A stretch of DNA of 64,000 nt from an uncultured Oscillospiraceae bacterium (GTDB lineage: Bacteria > Bacillota > Clostridia > Christensenellales > Aristaeellaceae): the NCBI GenBank assembly GCA_964554795.1, contig CAZKQB010000009.1, forward strand, positions 6,719 to 70,718. Reading direction: 5' to 3'. The notes beneath the pieces were generated by a model. It was not told the DNA's origin and did not search any database. It saw only the letters and a list, made by a program, of their open reading frames with translations. Each line of letters opens with the position of its first letter. The stretch's first letter is position 1. This document shows, piece by piece, positions 27,490 through 37,270 of this stretch. Both the position numbers and the translations under genes were made by a program.

Positions 27490-28548
27490 ATGGCATTGAT
27501 CACGGTCAGTCATTTGACCAAGCGATACGGAGCGCGCACCGCCGTATCGGACGTAAGCTTCACCATCGAGAAGGGCAAGGTATACGGTTTTCTTGGGCCG
27601 AACGGCGCAGGAAAGTCGACGACGATGAACATAATCACCGGCTGCCTTGCCGCCACGGAGGGCGAGGTTACGATCGACGGGCACGATATCTTTGAGGAGC
27701 CGCTGGAGGCGAAAAAGCGCATTGGCTATCTTCCGGAGATTCCGCCGCTGTATACAGACATGACGCCAACGGAATATCTGCGCTTTATTGCACGCGCGCG
27801 GGGTTTTTCGGGTGCGGAGGCACGAAAGCAGATAAACGCCGCCATGGAGCGTGCCCGTGTGACCGAGGTGAAGAATCGCCTGATTCGCAATCTCTCCAAG
27901 GGCTACCGGCAGCGCGTCGGCATCGCACAGGCGCTGATTGGCAATCCGGAGGTAATCATCCTGGACGAGCCCACCGTGGGTCTTGATCCCAGGCAGATCA
28001 TTGAAATTCGCGAGCTCATCCGCGAGCTTGGCAAAAATCACACGGTCATCCTTTCCAGCCACATCCTGTCGGAGGTTTCGGCTATCTGCGATGAAATTCT
28101 GATCCTGTCCGGCGGGCGGCTGGTAGCGGATGATACGCCGGAGAACCTTACCGCGCTGTTCGCGGAGCAAAGTAGCATTCGCCTGACCGTAAAGGGGGCG
28201 CTTTCCGACGTGATTTCGGCGCTGAGCGACCTTGAAGGCGTAGAAATCACCGATCGCCGTGAGGAGGACGGCCGGACATGGCTTATGCTGCGCGCACAGG
28301 ATGCGGACGCCGTCTGCGAGCGCGTGTTCCGCGCGTTGGCGCAGGCTGAGCTGCCGATTCTTGAAATGGCGCGCGAGCGCGCGACGCTGGAGGACGTTTT
28401 CCTCGAGCTGATTGGCAATGACGGAACCGGCGCAGACTCTGCTGCGGCGGAGGATGAAGAAAAGAAGGCCGGGGCGGAGCCTGACGCTGCGGAGGGCGGA
28501 GAAGGGCAAGCTGCTGCGGAGGACGGAAGGGAGGAGGCTGAGCAATGA
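27490..28548 (+). CDS. ABC transporter ATP-binding protein (ABC-2 type) with an acidic Ala/Glu-rich C-terminal tail
   Basis: ORF 27460..28548. MALITVSHLTKRYG start. Walker A GPNGAGKST, signature LSKGYRQR, Walker B IILDEP. Confidence 0.9.
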   Translation: MALITVSHLTKRYGARTAVSDVSFTIEKGKVYGFLGPNGAGKSTTMNIITGCLAATEGEVTIDGHDIFEEPLEAKKRIGYLPEIPPLYTDMTPTEYLRFIARARGFSGAEARKQINAAMERARVTEVKNRLIRNLSKGYRQRVGIAQALIGNPEVIILDEPTVGLDPRQIIEIRELIRELGKNHTVILSSHILSEVSAICDEILILSGGRLVADDTPENLTALFAEQSSIRLTVKGALSDVISALSDLEGVEITDRREEDGRTWLMLRAQDADAVCERVFRALAQAELPILEMARERATLEDVFLELIGNDGTGADSAAAEDEEKKAGAEPDAAEGGEGQAAAEDGREEAEQ

Positions 28549-29408
28549 GGGCCGTGTACCTAAAGGAGCTGAAGCTCAATTTCACCGGCTTTACCGGTTA
28601 TCTGTACGGCGCGTTTATCCTGCTGTTTGTGGGCATCTATACGATGGCCATCAATCTTTCCGGCGGCTACGCGCAGTTTGAATACGTGCTGGAGTCCATG
28701 GCGTTCATCTATCTGATTGCCTGCCCAATTCTTACCATGCGCGCGTTTGCCGAGGAAAAGCGCAGCAAGACCGACCAGCTGCTGTATTCGCTGCCTATCC
28801 GGCTGTCGGACGTGGTGGTTGGCAAGTATCTGGCGATGCTTACGGTGTCGCTTTTGCCGGTCGCGATTGTGAGTGCTTATCCCCTGCTGCTGTCTGGATA
28901 CGGACACGTGGACATGCGTTCGGCCTATGCGTCCATTCTGATGTTCTTCCTGCTGGGCGCATGCCTGACCTCCATTGGCATGTTCATCTCCTCCGTTACC
29001 GAAAATCAGGTAACAAGCGCCGTGGTTACACTGGTAATCATGCTGATTACGTATTTCATGACGTCGCTTGCCAGCTATGTATCCACGGCATCCTCGTCCT
29101 CGCTGATTGCGCTGAGCGTGCTGGCACTGGGGCTTGCGGCGATTGTATATCTGTTCACGAAGAACCTTTCGGTCGCGTTCCTGTCTGCGGCTGCGATCAT
29201 CGGTGTATTGCTGATTGCCTATGCCATTGATACTTCCGCTTTCTCCGGCCTGTTCCCGGAGCTGATGAAGAAGCTGTCGCTGTTTGAACGCTTCTATGGA
29301 ACCATCGGCGGCATGTTTGACCTGACGGCCATCGTATATTACTTGTCCATCATCGGTGTGTTCCTATTCTTTACTACGGAAACGCTGGAAAAACGGAGGT
29401 GGAGCTGA
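28545..29408 (+). CDS. ABC-2 family transporter permease
   Basis: 287 aa, about 6 TM segments. ATGA overlap with the ATPase gene. Confidence 0.8.
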   Translation: MRAVYLKELKLNFTGFTGYLYGAFILLFVGIYTMAINLSGGYAQFEYVLESMAFIYLIACPILTMRAFAEEKRSKTDQLLYSLPIRLSDVVVGKYLAMLTVSLLPVAIVSAYPLLLSGYGHVDMRSAYASILMFFLLGACLTSIGMFISSVTENQVTSAVVTLVIMLITYFMTSLASYVSTASSSSLIALSVLALGLAAIVYLFTKNLSVAFLSAAAIIGVLLIAYAIDTSAFSGLFPELMKKLSLFERFYGTIGGMFDLTAIVYYLSIIGVFLFFTTETLEKRRWS

Positions 29409-30865
29409 TGAACGCGTTTTTCAAAAAGCACTTCGGCGGGCGTTCGGTGCGCGCGGGCGGCTATGCTGCATTTGCGTCGGCGATCGTGGTGGCCATTGCT
29501 ATTGCCGTAAATCTGCTTGTTTCCGCGCTGCCGGAGACCGTTACGCACCCGGATTTCACGGAAAATCAGCTGTACACCCTGTCAGACCAGACGAAGCGCA
29601 TCACGAATGCGCTGGAAAAGGACGTGATGCTTTCACTGATTGCCTCGTCCGGCAACGAAAATACGACGATTCTGAACCTGCTCGGGCGTTATGAGAGCGC
29701 GTCGACGCACATTACCGTCGAAACGGTAGACCCGGTCGTCTATCCGAACTTTGCCCGGCAGTATACCAGCGGCACGGTGCGCTCCAACAGCGTTGTGGTC
29801 ACCTGCGGCGACCGTTCGCGCTATGTGGACTATTCGGATATCTTCAAGCAGGTGAAGTCCGACAATTACGACACATACTATTACTACGTGCAGATGGGCT
29901 ATTCGCAGTACTACGACTACCTGTATGACACGGTATTCGACGGCGAAAATGCGCTGACAGCCGCCATTAACTATGTGTCCAGCGATTCGCTGACGAAGAT
30001 ATACACGCTTTCCGGCCACAGCGAAGCCGAGCTGAGCGAAACCTTCACTGAGGCCATCAAGGCCGACAACTTCGAATTTGATTCGCTGCACCTGATGGAC
30101 GTAGAGACTGTGCCCGAGGATGCGGGGCTGATTATCATCAACGCGCCTGCATCCGACCTCAGCGAGGATGAGGCTGCGCTTCTGAACGACTATCTAGACA
30201 CGGGCGGAAACCTCCTGCTGATGACCGATTGCATGGAATCGGACAGCATGAAAAACCTGCTCTCCGTGTGCGAGCACATGGGCATGACGCTGACGGACGG
30301 CATGGTTGTGGAGACCGCGCAGAACGGCTACTATCGCAATCCCGTCTACCTGCTGCCGGAAATCGCAGAGGCTGACATTACGCAGGCAATTCGGGATGGC
30401 GGCTACTACATCCTGTTCCCCATCGCGCAGGGTATTACCTCCATCGGAGACGGCTTCTCCTACACGCCGTTGCTTTCGACGTCCGACTCGGCGTTTTCCA
30501 AGAAGTCCGGCTATGGCATGACGACCTATGAACGGGAAGACGGCGATACGGACGGCCCGTTTGACGTAGCGGCTGCAACGTCGAAGGGCGAGGCGCACAT
30601 GGTCTGGTTTGCTTCTGCGCAGTTCGCAACCGAGAATGTGAACGCCATGGTGTCCGGCGCAAACGCCGACATGCTGGTCAACGCCATTAACTGGATGGCA
30701 CAGCAGGAAGACAAGATCTCCATTCGTTCAAAATCGCTGAAAACCGGCTATCTTACCGTAAGCGCGGCCGACAGCCGACGCTGGTCGATTCTGCTGGTCG
30801 GCGCAATACCCGCAGCGCTGATCGCGGTGGGCACGGTGGTCATCATCAGGAGGAAACGGAAATGA
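29408..30865 (+). CDS. GldG-like ABC-transporter auxiliary protein (Gldg family)
   Basis: The ORF starts at GTG 29399. ATG 29408 follows GGAGG and overlaps the previous stop (TGATG). N- and C-terminal TM anchors flank a large extracytoplasmic domain. Confidence 0.7.
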   Translation: MNAFFKKHFGGRSVRAGGYAAFASAIVVAIAIAVNLLVSALPETVTHPDFTENQLYTLSDQTKRITNALEKDVMLSLIASSGNENTTILNLLGRYESASTHITVETVDPVVYPNFARQYTSGTVRSNSVVVTCGDRSRYVDYSDIFKQVKSDNYDTYYYYVQMGYSQYYDYLYDTVFDGENALTAAINYVSSDSLTKIYTLSGHSEAELSETFTEAIKADNFEFDSLHLMDVETVPEDAGLIIINAPASDLSEDEAALLNDYLDTGGNLLLMTDCMESDSMKNLLSVCEHMGMTLTDGMVVETAQNGYYRNPVYLLPEIAEADITQAIRDGGYYILFPIAQGITSIGDGFSYTPLLSTSDSAFSKKSGYGMTTYEREDGDTDGPFDVAAATSKGEAHMVWFASAQFATENVNAMVSGANADMLVNAINWMAQQEDKISIRSKSLKTGYLTVSAADSRRWSILLVGAIPAALIAVGTVVIIRRKRK

Positions 30866-32292
30866 AACGGGGAAAAAAGCTGATCGTTCTGGCGAGCACG
30901 CTGGCGGTGATTCTGGTTCTGTATCTGGGTGTTACGCTCGTCACGCGCCATGTAAGCAACAAAAATGCTGTTACGGAAACGCAGGGCACGTTTAGCGCCA
31001 CTGCCTTTACGGCGGACGACATTCGCTCGATTACGTGGACAAACCTTGGAAACGAATACACGATTACAAAAGCCGACGAGGAGTGGACGCTGAATGACCA
31101 TGATGGCTTCTGGCTGAATCAGGATGACGCCGCTGCGATGGCCGATGCGGTATCCGCGCTGAAGGCAACCCGGAGACTGGATGGCGGCGTGGAGGACAGC
31201 GACTACGGACTGGCTGAGCCGACGCTGACTGTGAAGGTTACGCTGAACGATGGCAGCGAGATTACGCTGGCTGAGGGCGACAAAAACGACGTGACGGATG
31301 CGTATTATCTGCGCGTAACCGCAGATGAAAGTCATGTATACACGGTGGAAACCGATCTTCAGACGGTCTTCAATCAGAAGCTTTCCGACCTGTTTGTAAA
31401 GGAGACGCTGCCGTCGCTGGGCGAGGCTGCGCAACGCGTCGTTTTGACCCGTACGGACGACGAGATCGTGCTCGTTTCCCATACGGACGAAGCGGGAAAT
31501 GCGCACTGGTACGAGGAGACTGCAGACGGCGCGCGCGCACTGGATGACGAAACCGCACAGACGCTGTACGACGATATTTGCGATTTCTCGTGGTATGAGC
31601 TTGTGGAATGGAACGCCGATGCGGAGGCGCTGACCGGCTACGGCTTTGACGAGCCGACCGTCGTCATTTGCGCGGAAAGCCTGAAAGATGACGGAGAAAC
31701 GATCGTATGGCAGGTTGAATTTGGCGGCGAATATTCCAGCTCCTACGACTACGTTCGGTTGCCCGGATCCTCCGTCGTATACCGCGTGAAGAACAGCCTG
31801 CGCAAGCTGGCGACCGGCTATAGCTACTCGGACTACGCGGATAAGACGATTCTGCCTATTGACGCCGAGGACATCGAGAGCCTGACGCTGACCGTGCGCG
31901 GTGAAACCCACGTTCTGCGGGCATGGACGGAAATTGTTGCCGCCACGGGCGGAGAAGCCACGGAAGGCGAAGCGGTTTCTGCTGAGGAGGTAAGCGTACG
32001 CCATGCGTCGCTGGATGGAAATGAATGGAGCGCCGACGCCTATGATGAAATCGTTTCCCGTCTACTGGCACTTGAGGCCGAGGAAGCGTTAACCTCTGTG
32101 CCTGCACACGACGGCGAGCCGGTGCTGGTCGTATCCGTGCAGACAGAGGGAGCGCAGCCAGAGGCATCCTTCTCGGTTTCTGAGCTGGATGCGGAGTATT
32201 CACTCCTCCTTCGCTCTGATGGCGCAATTTTCCAATTCCCTGCGGCCGATGCGGACGCGCTGCTTCGCGCGCTAAGCTACGCGCTGAAATAA
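30862..32292 (+). CDS. DUF4340 domain protein (N-terminal TM anchor)
   Basis: 476 aa. ATGA overlap with the gldG-like gene. The ABC-2/GldG/DUF4340 gene order is a recurrent arrangement. Confidence 0.65.
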   Translation: MKRGKKLIVLASTLAVILVLYLGVTLVTRHVSNKNAVTETQGTFSATAFTADDIRSITWTNLGNEYTITKADEEWTLNDHDGFWLNQDDAAAMADAVSALKATRRLDGGVEDSDYGLAEPTLTVKVTLNDGSEITLAEGDKNDVTDAYYLRVTADESHVYTVETDLQTVFNQKLSDLFVKETLPSLGEAAQRVVLTRTDDEIVLVSHTDEAGNAHWYEETADGARALDDETAQTLYDDICDFSWYELVEWNADAEALTGYGFDEPTVVICAESLKDDGETIVWQVEFGGEYSSSYDYVRLPGSSVVYRVKNSLRKLATGYSYSDYADKTILPIDAEDIESLTLTVRGETHVLRAWTEIVAATGGEATEGEAVSAEEVSVRHASLDGNEWSADAYDEIVSRLLALEAEEALTSVPAHDGEPVLVVSVQTEGAQPEASFSVSELDAEYSLLLRSDGAIFQFPAADADALLRALSYALK

Positions 32293-32398
32293 GCACGGAT
32301 AAATCTACGTCGGCGGCATAGGACTCCGGTGTCTTGTTGCCGACGCGGATATGCTCCTTCCGGGCTTTTGGCAATAGATTCGGTTATAAACGCATGAG

Positions 32399-32446
32399 CA
32401 GCGGCGCGATTGCCGAAATGGAATCGCGCCGCTGATTTTGTTTTTC
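32399..32446 (+). terminator. rho-independent terminator of the ABC-2/GldG/DUF4340 operon
   Basis: CAGCGGCGCGATT...AATCGCGCCGCTG, a 13-bp perfect stem, followed by ATTTTGTTTTTC. Confidence 0.8.
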
Positions 32447-32454
32447 TGTGTTTA

Positions 32455-34434
32455 CTACCGCTTCAGCACGAGAACCTGGTAGGGCTCAAGCGCCACGGTA
32501 CCCGAGAGGGCTTTGCCTGTGAGCAGGTCGATGGCCGGTGCAGGCAGCGTGTAGGAGGCTGGCTTTCCTGCGTATTCCAGAACGATCTCTCCGTTCATTG
32601 TGCCCCTGCGCGGCGAAACGATCACCTCGCCCGTTACCTCTGGTAGGCGCAAACCCGCTTCGGGCAGCAGTCTCTGCGCAAGCAGACGGGTGGTTTCGGC
32701 TGCGGGCAGTGCACCCAGAAGGATGATCTGCCCCTTGCCCAGACGACTGCGGGCGACGACGGTCTTGCCGACGATGGCACTGTGCCCCTTTACGATGGTT
32801 GCGAGCGTTTCTGCCCGACCGGGATCAGACACCTCAAACCATGTATCGGCGGGCATGGGTGTGCCGTCTATCCACGCGGCAGCCGTGCGTCCTTCGGTGT
32901 CGGGCAGCGCGTATTTCCACGCAATACCTGTCAGCCGTTCCAGCATGCCGTACAGGCAGTCGGTGTAGCGCGCGCCATCGCGGTTGCGCTCGTCGCTCAG
33001 CGGGCCAACGATCCATGTGCCGCCCTCGCTTACCCACTTCTCCATGCGCTGCGGCAGATCGGCTTCTTCAAGCGTCAGCATCAGCGGGCTAAATACGACG
33101 CGATAGCCGTCCAGCGCTGCATGCGCGTCGATTACATCGGGGCGCAGGCCCAGATCGATGAGCGGCTTATAGAATCGCTCGACAACGCTCTGCTGATAGT
33201 TGAGCCCATTCACGATGCTCTGCTGCCCGAACATGTTCCAGTTGAGAGAGGTGAAATGAATCGCAACGTTCGGCACGACCTTTGTGTCCCGCACAAAATC
33301 TGCGGCTTTACGGAAGCCCTCGGCCGTTTCCTTTACTTCATCCCCAGCAAGCATTGGACGGCCGCTGGTGTCCAGCACTGCGCCATGCATCAGCTCGTGC
33401 CCCGCCCAGTGCGTGCGCCACAGCCAGTACATGTTTGCCTCTCCGCCCAGTGCAATTGGCAGCCACGAATTTGCGCGGCAGAAGCCGTCGGGCTTCACGC
33501 TCTGCGAAATTGCTGTGGAGCCGTTCCAGCAGGTGGCGGTTTCGGTGTTCCAGAAGGGACGGTCGATGAACGTGCGCATGTAATCGTGCCAGAACGCGCA
33601 GAAATGCAGGTTTTCGGGCGTGTTGTAGTGGTTAAACTGAGCAATATCCAGCTTTTCGGTGAGGCGGCGGTAGTCCATGCCGTTTACGGGCATGGTGTCC
33701 GTTCCCACAGGCACCCTGACGTAGCGATGCAGAATCTCCGCCTGACGGTGAACGAACGCAATATGCGAATCGTTCTGGAACATCTGCCACTCCATTTTCA
33801 GATGCGGGTTGTGCCATGCATTGCGCGGCGCGGGAATCTCTTCAAAGGAATCATACCATTGACTGAACAGGTTCAGATTCCATGCGTTGTTCAGGTTATC
33901 AATCGTTCCATAGCGCTTTTTCAGCGCGGCGCGGAAGCGGTTCACGCATTCAGGGCAGAAGCAGCCGCCGTTTCCCGTGTAGATTTCGTTGTCAATCTGC
34001 CAGCCGATGATGTTCTCGTCATTTGCGAATTCCTTCGCCATTTCCTCCACAATGCGCATGCTGGCCTCGTTGTAGTGCGGATTGTTGGAGCAGCAGTGCC
34101 TGCGCCCGCCATGATCCACGCGCCGACCATCCGGATCCAGCCGCAGTGCGTCCGGCCAATCGCGGGTAAACCAGCGCGGCGGCGTGGCGGTGGGCGTGCC
34201 CATGACCACGGCGATATTCGCCTGTTTCATTTTGTCCACTACGCGTCGGAAGAAGGAAAAATCGTATTCGCCCGGCTTCGGCTCCATGCGGTGCCACGCA
34301 AATTCGGCAATACGCACGCAGGTGATGCCAAAGGCATGCAGCTTTTCAATGTCGCGGTCGATTTCGCTTTCCGGCCAGTCCTCCGGATAATAGGCTGCGC
34401 CCAGATAGGGCGGCTTGGGCAAGGTAAACATCAT
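32455..34434 (-). CDS. GH42 beta-galactosidase
   Basis: 659 aa. LGAAYYPEDWPESEIDRDIEKLHAFGITCVRIAEFAWHRMEPKPGEYDF is the canonical GH42 N-terminus. Cys cluster CCSN...CFCPEC. Confidence 0.9.
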   Translation of the reverse strand: MMFTLPKPPYLGAAYYPEDWPESEIDRDIEKLHAFGITCVRIAEFAWHRMEPKPGEYDFSFFRRVVDKMKQANIAVVMGTPTATPPRWFTRDWPDALRLDPDGRRVDHGGRRHCCSNNPHYNEASMRIVEEMAKEFANDENIIGWQIDNEIYTGNGGCFCPECVNRFRAALKKRYGTIDNLNNAWNLNLFSQWYDSFEEIPAPRNAWHNPHLKMEWQMFQNDSHIAFVHRQAEILHRYVRVPVGTDTMPVNGMDYRRLTEKLDIAQFNHYNTPENLHFCAFWHDYMRTFIDRPFWNTETATCWNGSTAISQSVKPDGFCRANSWLPIALGGEANMYWLWRTHWAGHELMHGAVLDTSGRPMLAGDEVKETAEGFRKAADFVRDTKVVPNVAIHFTSLNWNMFGQQSIVNGLNYQQSVVERFYKPLIDLGLRPDVIDAHAALDGYRVVFSPLMLTLEEADLPQRMEKWVSEGGTWIVGPLSDERNRDGARYTDCLYGMLERLTGIAWKYALPDTEGRTAAAWIDGTPMPADTWFEVSDPGRAETLATIVKGHSAIVGKTVVARSRLGKGQIILLGALPAAETTRLLAQRLLPEAGLRLPEVTGEVIVSPRRGTMNGEIVLEYAGKPASYTLPAPAIDLLTGKALSGTVALEPYQVLVLKR

Positions 34435-34541
34435 ATCGTCTCCTTCCAGTGTAGCCTTCCGATCTATTTATACCACATTGCCTCCAAAAGCACAAGATGC
34501 TTTCTATGCTTCCTTGAACGGCGAAATTTACAAGCCCCTGG

Positions 34542-34570
34542 TTGACAAACCTATGGAGGGCGAATATAAT
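34542..34570 (+). promoter_or_regulatory. consensus sigma-70 promoter of tRNA-Arg
   Basis: TTGACA (34542-34547), 17-nt spacer, TATAAT (34565-34570). Both hexamers are perfect. Confidence 0.75.
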
Positions 34571-34597
34571 ACTTTGGACATGAGTCGTTTCATAAGT

Positions 34598-34671
34598 GTC
34601 CCCGTACCTCAGCAGGATAGAGGGTCCGCCTCCTAAGCGGAACGCCGCGCGTTCGAATCGCGCCGGGGACG
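34598..34671 (+). tRNA. tRNA-Arg (anticodon CCT)
   Basis: Hand-folded cloverleaf. Acceptor GTCCCCG/CGGGGAC, D stem CCTC/GAGG, anticodon stem TCCGC/GCGGA with loop CTCCTAA (CCT at 34632-34634), T arm GCGCG-TTCGAAT-CGCGC. No CCA is encoded. Confidence 0.9.
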
Positions 34672-34690
34672 GTGCTGGCATCAGTCGGCG

Positions 34691-34731
34691 CAGGCAAGCC
34701 TGTCCAAAGGGGCGGGTTTGCCTGTTTTTTT
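34691..34731 (+). terminator. terminator after tRNA-Arg
   Basis: CAGGCAAGCC...GGGTTTGCCTG stem followed by seven T. Confidence 0.75.
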
Positions 34732-34950
34732 CGCAAAAGCGCCGTTTGATGGTTCACGCATCCATCCGGAATTGCAGGAAGGCACAGATTTTGCCTCAGG
34801 CTGCTTACGCTTTCTCCACGCGAATCAGATTGCTGACATAGGGGCGCTTGCCGGAGAGCACCTCATCATAGAATTCGCCGGTAGGAGAAGAAGCCGCTTG
34901 CGGCTATCGGTGCAATCGAAGGCTGAATGAGCCGTAAAGATGGCAGAGAA

Positions 34951-34994
34951 GGGTATAAAACACGAAGCCGCAGATTTTGGTCTGCGGCTTCGTG
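34951..34994 (-). terminator. terminator after prs
   Basis: CACGAAGCCGCAG...CTGCGGCTTCGTG, a 13-bp stem. On the - strand it is followed by TTTTATACCC. Confidence 0.75.
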
Positions 34995-35006
34995 AATATA
35001 GGGACG

Positions 35007-36218
35007 TCAGATTTCCTCGCCTTTTTTATAGCGGTCGAGAAGCCTGACAATGCGGTTGAGGGGGTTAATCAGGCTGTCGAGGCTGTGGTCGTGGTTCAGG
35101 GTTGCGATGATATAGGACATATACTTGCTCATGTCCACCGGAATGAACCACGGTGCGCTTGTGACCTCGGGGGGCAGGTAGCACAGGTTGGTGCCGAGTA
35201 CGCCGGCCAAGTAGCCCTTCTTGTACATGTCGTTGAAGGTCTTGATGCCGTTGGTGAAGAAACAGAACGTGGCGGCAATATAGATGCGGCGCGCGTGGCG
35301 GCGGCGGAGATCCTTGACCAGATCGATCATGCTGTCGCCGGTAGAAATGATGTCATCGGCGACAATGACGTCCTTGCCCGCAACTTTGGAGCCGATATAA
35401 ACGTGCTCAAGAATGGGGTTGCGGCCGTTGACGACGGTGGAATAGTCGCGGCGCTTATAGAACATGCCCAGATCCAGACCGAGCACGGAGGAGTAGTAAA
35501 TGTTGCGCGACATAGCGCCCTCGTCCGGGGAGACGATCATCATATGATCCTTGTCCAGCTGCAGATCCTTTACCCTGCGGAACAGCGCCTTCAGCGTCTG
35601 GTACGTGGGCATGAAGGATTCGAAGCCGGTGAGCGGAATGGCGTTCTGCACGCGCGGGTCGTGCGCGTCGAAGGTCAGGATGTTTTCAACGCCCATGGAG
35701 GAAAGCTCCTGCAGCATCAGTGCGCAGTCCATGCTTTCGCGGCTGCTGCGGCGGTGCTGGCGGCTTTCGTAGAGGAAGGGCATGATGACGTTGATGCGGC
35801 GCGCCTTGCCGCTGATAGCGGCGATTACGCGCTTGAGGTCGGCGTAGTGATCGTCGGGCGACATGGGTACGGACTTGCCGTACATGGTGTACTGAATCTG
35901 GTGAGCGGTGACGTCGGTGATGATATAGATATCATAGCCGCGAACACTCTGCGTAAGCAGACCCTTGCCTTCTCCGGTGCCGAAGCGGGGACACTTCGCA
36001 GAGAGCAGGAAGGTGCTCAGGTTGTAGCCGGGAAAGGTGTACAGATCCTCGCTCTGCTCGCCCCTGCCCTCGCGCCAGTCTCTCAGGTACTGGTCTACAC
36101 GCTGGCCGATGGCTTCGCAGCCAGCCATGGCAATAATTCCAAGCGGACCGATGGGGCGGGTCTCAAAGGGTTTCCAGCTGACTCCGGAAGGCACTTCATT
36201 CACGTCAAACATCTCCAT
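35007..36218 (-). CDS. prs: ribose-phosphate pyrophosphokinase, long (~400 aa) form
   Basis: ORF 35007..36416. The likely start is ATG 36218 (MEMFDVNEVPSG...), with 36212 as the alternative. PRPP-binding loop VIVADDIISTGDS. The sequence upstream of 36218 is not protein-like. No clear SD sequence. Confidence 0.8.
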   Translation of the reverse strand: MEMFDVNEVPSGVSWKPFETRPIGPLGIIAMAGCEAIGQRVDQYLRDWREGRGEQSEDLYTFPGYNLSTFLLSAKCPRFGTGEGKGLLTQSVRGYDIYIITDVTAHQIQYTMYGKSVPMSPDDHYADLKRVIAAISGKARRINVIMPFLYESRQHRRSSRESMDCALMLQELSSMGVENILTFDAHDPRVQNAIPLTGFESFMPTYQTLKALFRRVKDLQLDKDHMMIVSPDEGAMSRNIYYSSVLGLDLGMFYKRRDYSTVVNGRNPILEHVYIGSKVAGKDVIVADDIISTGDSMIDLVKDLRRRHARRIYIAATFCFFTNGIKTFNDMYKKGYLAGVLGTNLCYLPPEVTSAPWFIPVDMSKYMSYIIATLNHDHSLDSLINPLNRIVRLLDRYKKGEEI

Positions 36219-36345
36219 TCGTTCTACTGGATATCCATTATAGCATGCGCATGTTCCCGGCGTGGAAGGTTTTGTGATAAAATTAAGAAAAGAATCGAGA
36301 AGCTGTCCGATTTTTGTCGGAATTTCACCGCAGATGATTTTTTGC

Positions 36346-36374
36346 TTGCGTTTCCGGCGTACGGATGGTACAAT
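36346..36374 (+). promoter_or_regulatory. promoter of the TIM-barrel/trmO pair
   Basis: TTGCGT, 17-nt spacer, TACAAT with a TG extension (TGGTACAAT). Confidence 0.5.
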
Positions 36375-36414
36375 ACAGTCAAACCAAAAACGGATGGAAA
36401 GGAAGTTGTTTCTC

Positions 36415-37269
36415 ATGAAAATTGCAGTTAGCTCCTACAGCTTCAGTCAGGCCATGCACGACGGACGCATGACGATCATGGATGTCATTCCCAAGGCGAA
36501 GGAAATGGGCTATGAGGGCGTGGAAATCGTCCGCATGGGCTGGTCGGACGAAGAAATGCGCGAGCTGGCGCCGAAGCTGAAGGCTCAGAGCGAGGAATAT
36601 GGCGTGCCGATCATCGCCTATATGGTGGGCGCAGACTTTATTCGCAACGGTCTGGACGCCGAGGTTGAGCGCCTGAAGCGCGAGGCCGAGATTGCCGCGC
36701 TGCTGGGCGCGCCGCGCATGCGCCACGATTCTACCGGTGGCCGCGACGCGAACGACAAGCCTGTAACCGTGGAGGAGGCGCTTCCGATCGTAGCCGAGGG
36801 TTATCGCCGCGTGACGGAATTTGCTGCGGGTCTGGGCGTGCATACGATGATTGAAAACCACGGCTATTTCTTCCAGGATGCCTGCCGCGTGAAGAAGCTG
36901 ATTGAAACTGTCAACCATCCAAACTTCGGCTGGCTGATGGATATGGGCAACTTCATGTGCGCGGACGAAAAGTCTGTCGAGTCCGTGAAGATTGCCGCGC
37001 CCATGGCCGTGCATGCGCACGCCAAGGATTTCTTCCATAAGGAAAAGGGTGAATACGTTCCGAATGGTCAGGGCTGGTTTGGAACCCGCGGCGGAAATGC
37101 GCTGCGCGGTACCATCATCGGTCATGGCGCTGTGAATGTGTACGAGTGCCTGAAGACGCTGCGCGCGGCCGGCTATGACGGATGGCTGAGCGTGGAATTC
37201 GAGGGCATTGAGGATTGCCTGATGTCGCTGGAGGCGGATATCAAAAACCTGAAGGAAATGCTCGCGTAA
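36415..37269 (+). CDS. sugar phosphate isomerase/epimerase (xylose-isomerase-like TIM barrel)
   Basis: ORF 36262..37269. Start at MKIAVSSYSFSQ... Family-typical motifs: GYEGVEI, ENH (MIENHG), and SVEFEG near the C-terminus. Confidence 0.8.
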   Translation: MKIAVSSYSFSQAMHDGRMTIMDVIPKAKEMGYEGVEIVRMGWSDEEMRELAPKLKAQSEEYGVPIIAYMVGADFIRNGLDAEVERLKREAEIAALLGAPRMRHDSTGGRDANDKPVTVEEALPIVAEGYRRVTEFAAGLGVHTMIENHGYFFQDACRVKKLIETVNHPNFGWLMDMGNFMCADEKSVESVKIAAPMAVHAHAKDFFHKEKGEYVPNGQGWFGTRGGNALRGTIIGHGAVNVYECLKTLRAAGYDGWLSVEFEGIEDCLMSLEADIKNLKEMLA

Positions 37270-37270
37270 G

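Noticed and set aside
27478-28545. 355-aa ORF antisense to the ABC ATPase. Similar antisense ORFs lie at 7558-8739, 30748-32004, 44661-45728, 55529-56623 and 60120-61244.
   Set aside because: All lie opposite genes with clear family motifs. All are R/A/G/L-rich with no start context.
32782-34545. 587-aa ORF antisense to the GH42 beta-galactosidase gene
   Set aside because: Same reasoning. The opposite strand has a canonical GH42 sequence, and this frame is R/A/H-rich with no motifs.
34977-36431. 484-aa ORF antisense to prs
   Set aside because: It is the mirror frame of a clear PRPP synthetase gene, and its composition is not protein-like.
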